DNA of 64,000 nt from an uncultured Gemmatimonadales bacterium (lineage in GTDB: Bacteria; Gemmatimonadota; Gemmatimonadetes; Gemmatimonadales; GWC2-71-9), in assembly GCA_963828735.1 (NCBI GenBank), contig CAWHFW010000005.1:2432001-2496000 (forward strand), read 5' to 3'. Positions within the stretch are counted from its first letter, which is position 1. Each line of letters begins with the position of its first letter. Below the pieces are notes generated by a model. It saw nothing but the letters and a program-made list of their open reading frames with translations, did not search any database and was not told where the DNA came from. The position numbers and the translations under genes are program-made. Positions 10,413-20,530 of this stretch are shown piece after piece.

Positions 10413-12230
10413 GTGCTCCGCCTCGCCATCGCTCAGCTGCGCCCCCGAAAGGGAGCCTACGAGGAGAATCTCCGGCGGCTCGGCGCCGTGTTCCGGGACG
10501 CCGCCGAACAGGCCGAGCCGCCTGAGCTGGTGGTCGCGCCGGAGGCGGCCCTCACCGGGTACTTCCTCGAGGGCGGCGTGCGCGAGCTCGCCCTGAGCGC
10601 GGACCAGCTCTTCCACGACCTGGCCTGCCAGCACCGCGACGCCAAGGCCCCGTCACTCGACGTGGCCCTGGGGTTCTACGAGGTGCACCAGAACCGCCTG
10701 TACAATTCGGCCATCTATGCCACGCTCGGCGGTGCGGACGCGGGCATCCACCACGTCCACCGGAAGGTCTTCCTGCCGACCTACGGCGTGTTCGACGAGG
10801 AGCGGTTTGTGGAGGCGGGGCGGGGTGTGCAGGCGTTCGACACGCGGTGGGGGCGTGCGGCCATCCTGATCTGCGAGGATGCGTGGCATTCGTTCATGCC
10901 CATGCTCGCGGCGCTCGCCGGCGCCCAGCTCATCCTGATTCCGAGCGCGAGCCCCGCTCGCGGGGTCGTCTCATCCGAGGAGGCCCCCGGCCGGCCGGCC
11001 AGCCTCGGGAGATGGACGCGCATCGCGCAGGACATGGCCGGCGAGCACGGCGTGTATGTCGCCCTCGCCCAGCTGGTCGGGTTCGAGGGCGGGAAGGCCT
11101 TTCCGGGTGGGAGCCTCGTGGCGACTCCTCGGGGGGATGTGCTGGCCGAAGCGCCGGTGTTCGACGAGGCGGTGCTTCGGACGACGCTCGATTTCGAGGA
11201 GATCACCCGCGCGCGGACCGATCTTCCGCTCCTCGCGGACCTCGAGATGCGCTTGCCCCATCTGCTGGGCTCGCTGCACGACGCGCGTCGTGGCGGGCGA
11301 CCGGGCGGCGGCTCGAAGCGGGAGGCCGGCGGCGAAGACGGCGCCGGGGCATCCTCACGCACTGCCCCGCGGCCCGCGCTCGCGCCCATCGCCATGCGCG
11401 CTCGACCCGACCTTGATCCATTGGAGATCGATCCGGAGCTCACGCGCCGCTGGCTCGTCGAGTTCATCCGGGACGAGGTTCAGCGCCGGCGTGGGTTCGA
11501 GCGCGTGGTCATCGGTCTCTCCGGCGGGGTGGACAGCTCGTTGGTGGCCTACATAGCCGCGGAGGCCGTCGGCGCCGGCAACGTGATCGGTGTGCGCATG
11601 CCGTATCGGACCTCGAGCTCCGAGAGCCTGTCGCACGCGCAGCTCGTCATCGACGCGCTCGGCATTCCGGCCGAGACGGTGGACATCAGCGCGGCGGTGG
11701 ACGGTCTCGCCGCGGCCGTGCGGGAGAAGCCGGGGCCGGGACGTCTCGGCAACATCATGGCCCGAACGCGCATGATCACGCTGTTCGACCTGAGCGCCGC
11801 GCATCGGGCGCTGCCACTGGGGACGGGCAACAAGACCGAGCGCCTGTTCGGCTACTTCACCTGGCACGCGGACGACTCGCCCCCGGTCAACCCGATCGGC
11901 GACCTGTTCAAGACGCAGGTCTGGGCATTGGCCCGACACCTTGGAGTCCCGGACGTCATCGTCTCCAAGCCCGCGAGCGCCGACCTCATCAAGGGACAGA
12001 CCGACGAGGGCGACTTCGGCATCAGCTATCCGCGTGCCGACGCGATCCTCCACTGGATCCTGCTCGGGTACAAGGCGCCGGAGATCGCCGCGCTGGGCTA
12101 TGCGGAGGCGGAAGTCGAGCTGGTGAGGAAGCGCCTCGATTCCACCCACTGGAAGCGGAGGCTTCCGACGGTCGCGATGTTGAGCGGAACGGCGATTGGC
12201 GAGTACTACCTCAGGCCGGTGGACTACTGA
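10413..12230 (+). CDS. nadE: Glutamine-dependent NAD+ synthetase
   Basis: Nitrilase domain (PE, RKVFLPTYGVFDEER, ICED) plus synthetase domain (GLSGGVDS, GNIMARTRM, TGNKTE, NPIGDLFKT, SADL). Confidence 0.95.
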   Translation: MLRLAIAQLRPRKGAYEENLRRLGAVFRDAAEQAEPPELVVAPEAALTGYFLEGGVRELALSADQLFHDLACQHRDAKAPSLDVALGFYEVHQNRLYNSAIYATLGGADAGIHHVHRKVFLPTYGVFDEERFVEAGRGVQAFDTRWGRAAILICEDAWHSFMPMLAALAGAQLILIPSASPARGVVSSEEAPGRPASLGRWTRIAQDMAGEHGVYVALAQLVGFEGGKAFPGGSLVATPRGDVLAEAPVFDEAVLRTTLDFEEITRARTDLPLLADLEMRLPHLLGSLHDARRGGRPGGGSKREAGGEDGAGASSRTAPRPALAPIAMRARPDLDPLEIDPELTRRWLVEFIRDEVQRRRGFERVVIGLSGGVDSSLVAYIAAEAVGAGNVIGVRMPYRTSSSESLSHAQLVIDALGIPAETVDISAAVDGLAAAVREKPGPGRLGNIMARTRMITLFDLSAAHRALPLGTGNKTERLFGYFTWHADDSPPVNPIGDLFKTQVWALARHLGVPDVIVSKPASADLIKGQTDEGDFGISYPRADAILHWILLGYKAPEIAALGYAEAEVELVRKRLDSTHWKRRLPTVAMLSGTAIGEYYLRPVDY

Positions 12231-12288
12231 CGCGCTGAGACGCTTTTCATCCATCCGCGCTTCGCCCTCCCTCCTCCGAGGAACCCCG

Positions 12289-12753
12289 ATGCAGCCCGCT
12301 TCGCGCCCGATGTCGCACAGCGTCGGCACCATCACCACGTTCGTCATGCCCAACATGCAGAACGTCCTGGGCGACCTGTTCGGTGGGGAGCTGATGGCGC
12401 TGGTGGATCAGGCGGCGGCGGTGGCGGCGATCCGCCACGCGGGCGGGCCGGCCGTGACGGCGAGCATCGACCGAGTGGACTTCCGGGAACGCATCCGGGT
12501 CGGATCGCTGGTCACCTGCGAGGCCACCGTGGATTTCGTCGGCAACAGCTCGATGGACATCACGGTCGAGGTGTACGCCGAGACCGTGAGCACCGGCGAG
12601 CGGCGCCACACCCACACCGCGCACGTCGTGTTCGTCGCCATCGACGAGACCGGGAAGCCGCACCGTGTTCCCCGGCTGATTCCGGAGACACCGGAGCAGC
12701 GGGAGCGCTACGCGCGGGCGGAGTCGCACCGGCTGGGCAAGCGCCCGGCATGA
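12289..12753 (+). CDS. Acyl-CoA thioesterase (hotdog fold)
   Basis: NVLGDLFGGELMALVDQAA..VTASID..VGNSSM..VFVAID. Confidence 0.9.
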   Translation: MQPASRPMSHSVGTITTFVMPNMQNVLGDLFGGELMALVDQAAAVAAIRHAGGPAVTASIDRVDFRERIRVGSLVTCEATVDFVGNSSMDITVEVYAETVSTGERRHTHTAHVVFVAIDETGKPHRVPRLIPETPEQRERYARAESHRLGKRPA

Positions 12754-13595
12754 GCGGCCGCGCTTTCGCGCTGGTGCTGAGCGGCGGCGGCGCCAAGACG
12801 GCCGCCCACCTCGGAGCCGCGCGTGCGCTGGCCGAAGCTGGACTGGCTCCGGCGCGATACGTGGCGACCTCGATGGGCGCCGTCATCGGGGCAGGGCTCG
12901 CCGCCGGCACCGCCCCCGACGTGCTGCTGGACCGGCTGGTCGACGTGGGAGCCGCCGGGGTCGTGCGGGACCCGCTGGCGCTGGTGGCCGGACTCTTCGC
13001 GCGCGCGCTGTTCCGGCCGGCGCCACTGCGGCGCGCGTTCGAGGCGCTGGTCCCCGCGCGCCGCTTCGCGGAGCTGCGCACCCCCCTCACAGTGGCGGTG
13101 GCCGATCTCGACTCACGCGAGCTGGTGCTGTTCGGCGCGAACGGCGAGGATGCCCCCCTGATCGACGTGCTCTGCGCCACCTGCGCGCTGCCACTCTACT
13201 ACCCGCCCGTGATGCTCGGCGGCCGCCGCTGCGGCGACGGCGGGCTTCGAGGAGTACTTCCGCTCGCGGCGGCCGCCGCGGTCGCCGTGGAGCCGGTCGT
13301 GGCGGTGGACGTCGGACCGGGGCTCGATCTGCCTCAGGGCGCGGCCGCGGGCATCCCACCCCTGATACGCGCGCACGACGAGGCCCTGGGCATCGTGATG
13401 GCCGCGCACACCGGGGCGCTCCTGGAAGCCTGGCGGTCCGACCCCCGACGCCCTCCGCTCACCTACATCCGTCCGCGGGTCGAGCCCAACGCGACTTTCC
13501 AGGTCGACCGCATGCGGCGCTACGCCGAGGAAGGCTACCAGGCCGCGCGTGCCGCGCTCGCGGGCTTGACCCCCACCTCGTTCGGCGCAAATTGA
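12750..13595 (+). CDS. Patatin-like phospholipase
   Basis: LVLSGGGAK, ATSMGA nucleophile elbow and DGG. Confidence 0.9.
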   Translation: MSGRAFALVLSGGGAKTAAHLGAARALAEAGLAPARYVATSMGAVIGAGLAAGTAPDVLLDRLVDVGAAGVVRDPLALVAGLFARALFRPAPLRRAFEALVPARRFAELRTPLTVAVADLDSRELVLFGANGEDAPLIDVLCATCALPLYYPPVMLGGRRCGDGGLRGVLPLAAAAAVAVEPVVAVDVGPGLDLPQGAAAGIPPLIRAHDEALGIVMAAHTGALLEAWRSDPRRPPLTYIRPRVEPNATFQVDRMRRYAEEGYQAARAALAGLTPTSFGAN

Positions 13596-13600
13596 GCCAC

Positions 13601-14008
13601 ATGAAAGCCTCTGAGGCGATGGTGCGCGATCCCCACGTGGCGGTAGCAGGTGTGATGGCCAGCGAAGTGGCGATCATGCTGAAGACCCGCAACATTTCGG
13701 TCGTGCCCGTGGTGGACGATCACCGCACCCGTCGCTTCCTGGGCACACTCAGCGACCGCGACCTCGTCACCCGCTGTCTCGCCGAGGGCAAACACCCCTG
13801 GCACACGCGGGCCGACTCGCTGATGCGCACCAACTCTCCGGTGGTGCGGCCCGACCAGGAGCTGGACGGGTACAAGGTACGGATGGATCTGGACCCCAAT
13901 GAATCGCACCTGCGCCCCACGATTACGGTGGTGGACGGCGACGGGCTGGTGATCGGATTCATCAGCCACCCTGAGCAGATTCCCGGGGTCGAGATCGTCT
14001 GGGGGTAA
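13601..14008 (+). CDS. CBS-domain protein
   Basis: MVRDP..VVPVVDD..GTLSDRDLV CBS pattern. Confidence 0.8.
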   Translation: MKASEAMVRDPHVAVAGVMASEVAIMLKTRNISVVPVVDDHRTRRFLGTLSDRDLVTRCLAEGKHPWHTRADSLMRTNSPVVRPDQELDGYKVRMDLDPNESHLRPTITVVDGDGLVIGFISHPEQIPGVEIVWG

Positions 14009-14010
14009 CC

Positions 14011-14436
14011 ATGCCGGAATTCAAGCTGTTCACCCTGTCCGAGGCCGAGCGCACACTCCCGCTGGTGCGGCGAATCGTGCACGATCTCACGTCGGAGTAT
14101 CCGACGTGGCGCGCGGCGGTGAGCCGATTCGAGATTCTGACCGGCGGCGCGCGGGCGGACTGGGGCGAGACCCAGGAGCTCGTGGCGGCGCGTGAGGAGG
14201 TCACGATGCACGCCGAGCGGATCAACCGCTACCTGCAGGAGCTCGACGCCATCGGATGCGTGTTCAAGGGCTTCGAGGCCGGCCTGGTGGACTTCTATTC
14301 GCTGCGCGAGGACCGGCCGATTTTCCTCTGTTGGCGACTCGGTGAGGACCGCATCACCCACTGGCACGAGATCGAGGCCGGCTTCGGCGGCCGCCAGCCG
14401 ATCGACGGCGCCATCCTCTCCTCCCTGAGCACATGA
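14011..14436 (+). CDS. DUF2203 family protein
   Basis: FTLSEAERTLP..GLVDF..LCWRLGEDRITHWHEIEAGFGGRQP. Confidence 0.9.
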   Translation: MPEFKLFTLSEAERTLPLVRRIVHDLTSEYPTWRAAVSRFEILTGGARADWGETQELVAAREEVTMHAERINRYLQELDAIGCVFKGFEAGLVDFYSLREDRPIFLCWRLGEDRITHWHEIEAGFGGRQPIDGAILSSLST

Positions 14437-14891
14437 TCCGTTTCTGGCTGTTGCTTCATCTGCTCGGCTTCACGATGTGGCTGGGCGGGGGGCTCGCCAC
14501 CATGGTCGCGGGCATCACCGGCGGGAAGGAGCAACCGCCTGGGCTCGCGGCCGTGGCCCGCGCGCAGGCGGCAATGCAAAAGACCATCATCGCACCGGGC
14601 GCCCTGCTGGTGGTCCTGTCGGGGCTCATCCTCACGTTCTCGGTGTCCGGCCGCATGGGCGAGCTCGTGGGCTTCAACGTCTGGCTCATCGTGATGCAGG
14701 GAGCCGGACTGGTGGGGGCGCTGGTGGTGCTGTTGATCGGACTCCCGACGGCCGCGAAGCTCTCGCGACTCGACGCGTCCGGGCCCGGTGCGGCGTATTT
14801 CGACGAGCTGCGGCGGCGGCAGAAGGTCGTCGGGTCCGTGTCGGGCACGCTGGCGCTCGTGGCGCTGGTGGCGGGGGCGATGTTGGCGTAG
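14433..14891 (+). CDS. Four-helix membrane protein (DUF2269/CopD-like)
   Basis: LHLLGFTMWLGG followed by hydrophobic segments; translationally coupled to the gene upstream. Confidence 0.65.
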   Translation: MIRFWLLLHLLGFTMWLGGGLATMVAGITGGKEQPPGLAAVARAQAAMQKTIIAPGALLVVLSGLILTFSVSGRMGELVGFNVWLIVMQGAGLVGALVVLLIGLPTAAKLSRLDASGPGAAYFDELRRRQKVVGSVSGTLALVALVAGAMLA

Positions 14892-14974
14892 GTCGCACGA
14901 GCGGGGTGTGGCGGATGGCAGAATCGTCCGTGAGTCGGTAGCAGCCACCCACGCCGAACGCACGAGTCGCGAGG

Positions 14975-15271
14975 TCAGCTCGCCGGCCAGCCGGCGGCTA
15001 GATCCTCCCAGGACGGATTCGTCTCCTCGATCAACGCCATCTTTCGTCTGCGGGTCCAGCTTTTCAGCTGCCTTTCCCTCCGCATGGCGTCCCTGGCCTC
15101 TCCCGCGGCCTCCACGTGCACCAGCCGGGAGGTTGCGTGGCGAAAGACATAGCGGTAGGGGTCAGCCCCTCCGCGGTGCTCGGCGACGCGACGGATCAGG
15201 TTGTTCGTGATGCCGATGTAGAGCTCGCGTGCATCGCTCGCGAGGATGTAGACGTAGAACACCCGGCGCAT
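14975..15271 (-). CDS. GIY-YIG nuclease (small stand-alone)
   Basis: YVYILAS..LYIGITNNLIRRVAEH..RERQLKSWTRRRKMALIEETNPSWEDL. Confidence 0.9.
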   Translation of the reverse strand: MRRVFYVYILASDARELYIGITNNLIRRVAEHRGGADPYRYVFRHATSRLVHVEAAGEARDAMRRERQLKSWTRRRKMALIEETNPSWEDLAAGWPAS

Positions 15272-15402
15272 GCCCACCAGTTTGGGACCCCATCGTCAAC
15301 GTCGCTTCAACGGCTGGTCAGGGCCTTTCGGGGCGTTCCGGGTGACTCTTACGCGCGACGGTCGCGCGCCCAAGTCCCGTCGCCGACCGCTGATCTCGCC
15401 TC

Positions 15403-16155
15403 TCACCGCTCACCGCGCCCGCCTCTCACCGCGCCCGCCTCCCGGCCCTCTGCGTCCGTCCCTCTGGCGGTCGACCGCCGGCCCGTCCGACACACCCTGC
15501 TGACGGGACACTCCTCGCACCGCGCCACGCGCGCCGTGCAGATGAGGGCGCCGAGCTCCATGATGGCCTGGTTGAATGCCCACGCCGTGCCTCCGCTCCG
15601 ACGAGGCATGATGGCGGCCCCGGTCTCCCAGAGGCGGTGGTCCTGCCCACGCTGAGCGAGCCGCGGGTGGAAGGCCCGGCGGATGACGCGGGCCACGTTC
15701 GTGTCGATGGCCGGCGTCGCCCGCTCGTAGGCGAAGCTGGCCACCGCGCCGGCCGTGTAGCGGCCCACGCCGGGCAGCGCCAGGAGGCGCTCGGGGTCGG
15801 ACGGAATGATGCCGGCGTGCTCGGCAACCACCGTCCGGGCCAGGAGGTGGAGGTTGGCGGCGCGACGATAGTAGCCGAGTCCGGCCCAGGCCTCGCGGAC
15901 CATCGCAGGATCCGACCGCGCCAGAGATTCGACGGTCGGATACCGGTCGAGGAATCGGTGATAGTAGGCCTCCACCCGCGTCACCTGCGTCTGCTGCAGC
16001 ATGAACTCGGCGACCGTGACGTGGTACGGGTCGCGCGTGCGGCGCCAGGGGAGGTCACGGCCGTGGCGGCGAAACCAACGCAGCAGCCGGCGCCGGAACT
16101 CGGTCGCGTGCGCGGGCGCCGAACGGGCGCGGGCAGGGGTGGACTTGGGAGCCAT
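15403..16155 (-). CDS. mutY: A/G-specific adenine glycosylase (short MutY, catalytic domain only)
   Basis: LPWRRTRDPY..EFMLQQTQV, WAGLGYYRRA, LPGVGRYTA and the 4Fe-4S Cys motif CTARVARCEECPVSRVC. Confidence 0.85.
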   Translation of the reverse strand: MAPKSTPARARSAPAHATEFRRRLLRWFRRHGRDLPWRRTRDPYHVTVAEFMLQQTQVTRVEAYYHRFLDRYPTVESLARSDPAMVREAWAGLGYYRRAANLHLLARTVVAEHAGIIPSDPERLLALPGVGRYTAGAVASFAYERATPAIDTNVARVIRRAFHPRLAQRGQDHRLWETGAAIMPRRSGGTAWAFNQAIMELGALICTARVARCEECPVSRVCRTGRRSTARGTDAEGREAGAVRGGRGER

Positions 16156-16221
16156 GGGGGGTGAAGATAGAGGGTCAACGCGGTGCCCGGCCACGCCGGG
16201 GAGCCCCGTTCCGCCCCTTCG

Positions 16222-17049
16222 ATGCCCGACCGCCTGCTCACCAGGAGCCGCTCCCCGCTCATGGCCACCGAAGCTCTCGCGCTTCCCCGACTGGTCGGTC
16301 GCTGGTTCCTGAACGCGACTTCCCACGTCGGCCGGGTGTCGATGCTGGTGGTGGATTTGGTGCGCAGCCTCAACGAGGTCCGCATCTGGGTCCCCAGGAT
16401 GTTCACCGAGGCCTGGAACATCGGCGTCGGCAGCCTGTTCATCGTGCTCCTCATTTCCGGCTTCGCCGGCGGCGTCACGGCGCTGCAGGCCCGGTACCAG
16501 TTCACCGGCACGATCCCGATCTACTACCTGGCCGGCGTGATCGTCGAGTCCATCGTGCTCGAGCTCGGCCCCGTGCTGACGGGGCTTATCCTGGCCGGCC
16601 GGATCGGCGCGCGGTACGCCGCCGAGCTCGGGACGATGCGGGTCACCGAGCAGATCGACGCGCTGGAGAGCCTCGGCCGCTCGCCGTCGTCGCATCTGAT
16701 CCTCCCGCGGGTGATCGCGGGGCTCATCATGATCCCCGTGCTCACCGTGTTCGCCGACGTCATGGGCATCGGCGCCGGCTGGTTCAGCATGAAGCTGGTG
16801 CTGCCGATCACGGACTCCGACTTCGCCTACGGCGCGCGCACGTTCTGGCGCTCGTTCGACGCGACCTATTCGGTCATCAAGGCGTTCGCCTTCGCCGCCT
16901 GCATCACCGTGATCTCGTGCTACATGGGGTTCAACACCAAGCAGGGCGCCGAGGGCGTGGGTCGCTCGACCACCGGCGCCGTCGTGAGCAGCTCGGTCAT
17001 GATCCTGCTGCTCGACGTCATCCTCACCAAGCTGCTGCTCAACCAATGA
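16222..17049 (+). CDS. mlaE: MlaE family ABC permease
   Basis: ELGPVLTGLILAGRIGARYAAELGTMRVTEQIDAL and GAEGVGRSTT. Start codon uncertain (16183/16222/16261). Confidence 0.9.
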   Translation: MPDRLLTRSRSPLMATEALALPRLVGRWFLNATSHVGRVSMLVVDLVRSLNEVRIWVPRMFTEAWNIGVGSLFIVLLISGFAGGVTALQARYQFTGTIPIYYLAGVIVESIVLELGPVLTGLILAGRIGARYAAELGTMRVTEQIDALESLGRSPSSHLILPRVIAGLIMIPVLTVFADVMGIGAGWFSMKLVLPITDSDFAYGARTFWRSFDATYSVIKAFAFAACITVISCYMGFNTKQGAEGVGRSTTGAVVSSSVMILLLDVILTKLLLNQ

Positions 17050-17798
17050 TCGAACTGCGCGACGTCTACAAACGCTTCGGCAAGCAGGTCGTCCTCGACG
17101 GCGTGAACTTCAACGTGGAGGAGGGCGAGACGGTCGCGCTGCTGGGACCGTCCGGCACCGGGAAGAGCGTCCTCCTCAAGCACATCATCGGCCTGATCCA
17201 TCCCGACCGCGGGACGATCATCGTGGACGACAAGGATGTGGTGCGCCTCAAGCGCCACGAGCTGGCCGAGTTGCGCTCCCATATCGGATACGTCTTCCAG
17301 AACGGCGCGCTGTTCGATTCGGACGACGTGTTCGAGAACGTCCGGCTCGGTATCACCGACGACGCCAAGTACCGCGACCTCGACTACGCGCACACGCGCG
17401 TGGCAGAGTGCATCAAGCTGGTGAATCTGCCGCCCGAGACGGTGGACAAGTTTCCGGCCCAGCTCTCGGGCGGCATGCGGAAGCGCGTGGGCATCGCCCG
17501 CGCGATCGCGGGGAACCCCAAGTATCTGCTCTATGATGAGCCCACGTCCGGCCTCGACCCGGTGAACGCCGACGTGATCGACGAGCTGGTCCGGAGCCTG
17601 GCCGAGACGCTAGGGGTCACGGGCGTCATGGTGACGCACGACGTGCGGGGCGCGTTTCGCACCGCCAACCGGCTGGCCCTGCTCACCGGCGGGAAGATCG
17701 TCCAGCAGGGCACGCCGAAGGAGTTTCTGGCGTCGAAGGACCCGAGGGTGCAGGAGTTCCTCGAGCGCGACTTCCACAACGCCATCATCGCAGCCTGA
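17046..17798 (+). CDS. mlaF: MlaF family ABC ATPase
   Basis: MIELRDVYKRFG, GPSGTGKS, FQNGALFDS, LSGGMRKRVGIARA, YDEPTSGLDP. Confidence 0.9.
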   Translation: MIELRDVYKRFGKQVVLDGVNFNVEEGETVALLGPSGTGKSVLLKHIIGLIHPDRGTIIVDDKDVVRLKRHELAELRSHIGYVFQNGALFDSDDVFENVRLGITDDAKYRDLDYAHTRVAECIKLVNLPPETVDKFPAQLSGGMRKRVGIARAIAGNPKYLLYDEPTSGLDPVNADVIDELVRSLAETLGVTGVMVTHDVRGAFRTANRLALLTGGKIVQQGTPKEFLASKDPRVQEFLERDFHNAIIAA

Positions 17799-17805
17799 GC
17801 CGCCC

Positions 17806-18718
17806 ATGGACCTCGCCTACAAGCAGGAAGCCACCGTCGGCACCCTGGTCATCCTCGCGTTCGTGCTGTTCTTCGTCGGCACGACCTGGCTGAGCGGGCG
17901 GTCCGTCGGGGTCGGACAGCGACAAGTTCTACAAGATCCAGTTCACCGACGCGTCCAATCTCAAGGCCAGCTCCGTGGTGCGGATCTCGGGCGTGGGTGT
18001 GGGCAAGGTCGAGAAGATCAGCCTCGCCGACGTCGGCAAGGTGGTCGTCTCGGTGAGCCTGCCCGAGCGGATCAAGCCGCGGCTCGACGCGACGGCCTCC
18101 GTGGTGGCGGTCGGATTCGTGGGCGACGCCGCCATCGAGTTCGACCCGGGGAAGGCGCCCGAGGCGCTGCCGCGCGACCACATCATCATCGGCAGCATGA
18201 AGTCGGGGCTGACCGATCGCGCCGCGCAGCTGAGCGACCGCGCCGACAGTGTCCTCCTCGGCGCGCAGTCCATCGTCAATCAGAAGACGGCGGACGAGCT
18301 GTACGAGACCATGAACGCGCTGCAGGCTACCCTCAAAGCCACGCAGCGGACCATGGCGGTGTTCGCCGATCCACGGAACGGCGTGTCCGCCGAGCTCACC
18401 AAGACCATGGCCTCGTTCCGCTCGCTCGCCGGCCGGCTCGACAGCACGCTGGCGAACCCCGCGCTCGCCCGGACGCTCGGGCGCGCGGATACGCTGACCG
18501 CGAACCTGGCCACGATGACGGCGCAGCTCACCACCACGGGCGCACACCTCGACAGCGTCCTCGCGGGCGTCAACAGCGGTCGCGGCACGATCGGCAAGTT
18601 CGCGACCGACAGCGGGCTGTACACCGACCTCCGTGAAGTGAGTCAGAGCATGAAGCGATTGCTCAACGACCTGGAGAAGCACCCAGGCAAGATCCCGGTG
18701 ACGGTGAAGATCTTCTAG
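17806..18718 (+). CDS. mlaD: MlaD/MCE protein, apparent frameshift near 17920
   Basis: The N-terminal TM (MDLAYKQEATVGTLV) is in one frame and the MCE domain (FTDASNLKASSVVRISGVGVGKV) is in another. Confidence 0.8.
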
Positions 18719-18792
18719 CACGGGGGAGGCTGGGCGTCGCATCGCGCGTTCCACCCTCTCCGCCCGCTCCATCCTCCGTTACTTTCCCCCCC

Positions 18793-19707
18793 ATGCTTTC
18801 GGTCACCTTCCTCGGCACCGGCGCCGCCTGTCCAACGGTGGAGCGCAACGTCTCCGGCCTCGCGCTCCAGCGGGAAGGGGAGACGATGCTCTTCGATTGC
18901 GGCGAAGGCACCCAGCGCCAGATGATGCGGTACGGCGTCGGGTTCTCGTTCGCGGAAGTCTTCTTCACCCATTACCACGCCGACCACATGTTGGGGATCA
19001 TCGGGCTGCTGCGGACGATGGGCCTCCAGGACCGCACGGCGCCGGTGACCTTGTATGGCCCGCGGGGTGGCGACCGGATCCTCACCGCGGCGATGAGCCT
19101 GGGCATCGAGCGCAACAAGTTTCCGGTCACCGTGGTCGAAGTGCGGCCTGGGGAGCGGCTCCGCCGCGAGGAGTACGACATCGTCGTGTTCGAGACCGAC
19201 CACCGCGCCGACACGGTGGGCTACGCGCTCGTCGAGCACACCCGGAAGGGCCGGTTTCACCCCGAGCGCGCCCGCGAGCTGGGAGTGCCCGAGGGACCGA
19301 TGTGGGGGCGCCTGCACCGGGGAGAAGCCGTGCGGCTGGACGACGGCCGCGTGGTGAGCCCGGAGGATCTGGTCGGCGCGCCGCGACGGGGTCGCACGGT
19401 GGTCTATTCCGGCGACACGCGGCCCCATCTGCCGCTCCTCGAAGCGGCGCGCGGAGCCGATCTTCTCATCCATGAGGCGACGTTCGGAGGGGACGAGGCC
19501 GCGCGTGCGGTCGAGACCGGGCACAGCACGGCGTCGGAGGCCGCGCGCGTGGCGCTCGACGCCGGCGTGCGGCGGCTCGTGCTGACGCACATCAGCCCGC
19601 GCTACAGCCGGGACGCGCCGGAGCTGCTGGCGGAGGCGCGCGCGGTGTTTCCGGAGACGCTGATCGCCCGGGACGGGATGGAGGTGGAGGTGCCGTTCGC
19701 GGAGTGA
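18793..19707 (+). CDS. rnz: Ribonuclease Z
   Basis: FLGTGAACPT, FDCGEGTQRQ, THYHADH, exosite GVPEGP, SGDTRP, HEATF, HST, LTHISPRY. Confidence 0.95.
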   Translation: MLSVTFLGTGAACPTVERNVSGLALQREGETMLFDCGEGTQRQMMRYGVGFSFAEVFFTHYHADHMLGIIGLLRTMGLQDRTAPVTLYGPRGGDRILTAAMSLGIERNKFPVTVVEVRPGERLRREEYDIVVFETDHRADTVGYALVEHTRKGRFHPERARELGVPEGPMWGRLHRGEAVRLDDGRVVSPEDLVGAPRRGRTVVYSGDTRPHLPLLEAARGADLLIHEATFGGDEAARAVETGHSTASEAARVALDAGVRRLVLTHISPRYSRDAPELLAEARAVFPETLIARDGMEVEVPFAE

Positions 19708-19808
19708 GGTGATCGGCTCGATGGCCGCGGGCACCGCGACTTTCGAGAGAGCGACGTGCTCGCCTATTCTTCAGCATCCCGACCACAACCCAACCCTCTG
19801 GAGAGCCG

Positions 19809-20441
19809 ATGCGCGCGAAGCCGTCGAGCTACGAGCTGGCCCTGCTCGGAAGCATGGTGGTCCTGCTCGCCTGGTCAGGGATCCGGCCGCACGACCGGTT
19901 CACCTGGCGGCTCGAGACCGCGCCGATCTTCATCGGGGTGCCCGTCCTCATCTGGCTCTACCCGCGGCTCCGTCTGACCCCACTGACCTACACGCTCGTG
20001 TGGCTCCACTGCCTCATTCTCATGCTCGGCGGCCACTACACCTACGCCCAGGTGCCGCTCGGATTCTGGATGGAGGGGTGGCTCGGCTTCAGCCGGAACA
20101 ATTACGATCGGATCGGACACCTGGCCCAGGGATTCATCCCGGCGATGCTCGCCCGCGAGATCTTCATCAGGCGCTCGCCGCTGGCGGGGAGCCGATGGCT
20201 GCCCTTCCTCGTCGTCTGCTTCTGCCTGGCGTTCAGCGCTTTCTACGAGCTGATCGAGTTCTGGACCGCCCTGTCCGCGGGCGGGGCGGCGACGGACTTT
20301 CTCGGCACCCAAGGCGACGTGTGGGACACGCAGTGGGACATGCAGCTGGCGCTCATCGGATCGATCGTCTCCCTGGTGATGCTGTCACGGGTTCAGGACC
20401 GACAGCTGGCGAAGCAGGGCGTCCCGAATCGGTCCGCATAG
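19809..20441 (+). CDS. DUF2238 membrane protein
   Basis: GGHYTYAQVP..RNNYDRIGH..FLGTQGDVWDTQWDM. Confidence 0.9.
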   Translation: MRAKPSSYELALLGSMVVLLAWSGIRPHDRFTWRLETAPIFIGVPVLIWLYPRLRLTPLTYTLVWLHCLILMLGGHYTYAQVPLGFWMEGWLGFSRNNYDRIGHLAQGFIPAMLAREIFIRRSPLAGSRWLPFLVVCFCLAFSAFYELIEFWTALSAGGAATDFLGTQGDVWDTQWDMQLALIGSIVSLVMLSRVQDRQLAKQGVPNRSA

Positions 20442-20530
20442 CTCCGCTCGGGCCTGGTCCCGTGCCGGCGCAGGCCTTCCGCCGATTCGGGGCGCGAGGG
20501 GCCTTGGAGCGCATGGTAGATTCCTCCTCC

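Noticed and set aside
10390..10470. Fluoride riboswitch upstream of crcB
   Set aside because: There is no room in the 23-bp gap and I see no recognisable riboswitch consensus.
14975..15271. GIY-YIG gene as a homing endonuclease or mobile element
   Set aside because: It is a short stand-alone family member with no intron, terminal repeats or target duplication visible.
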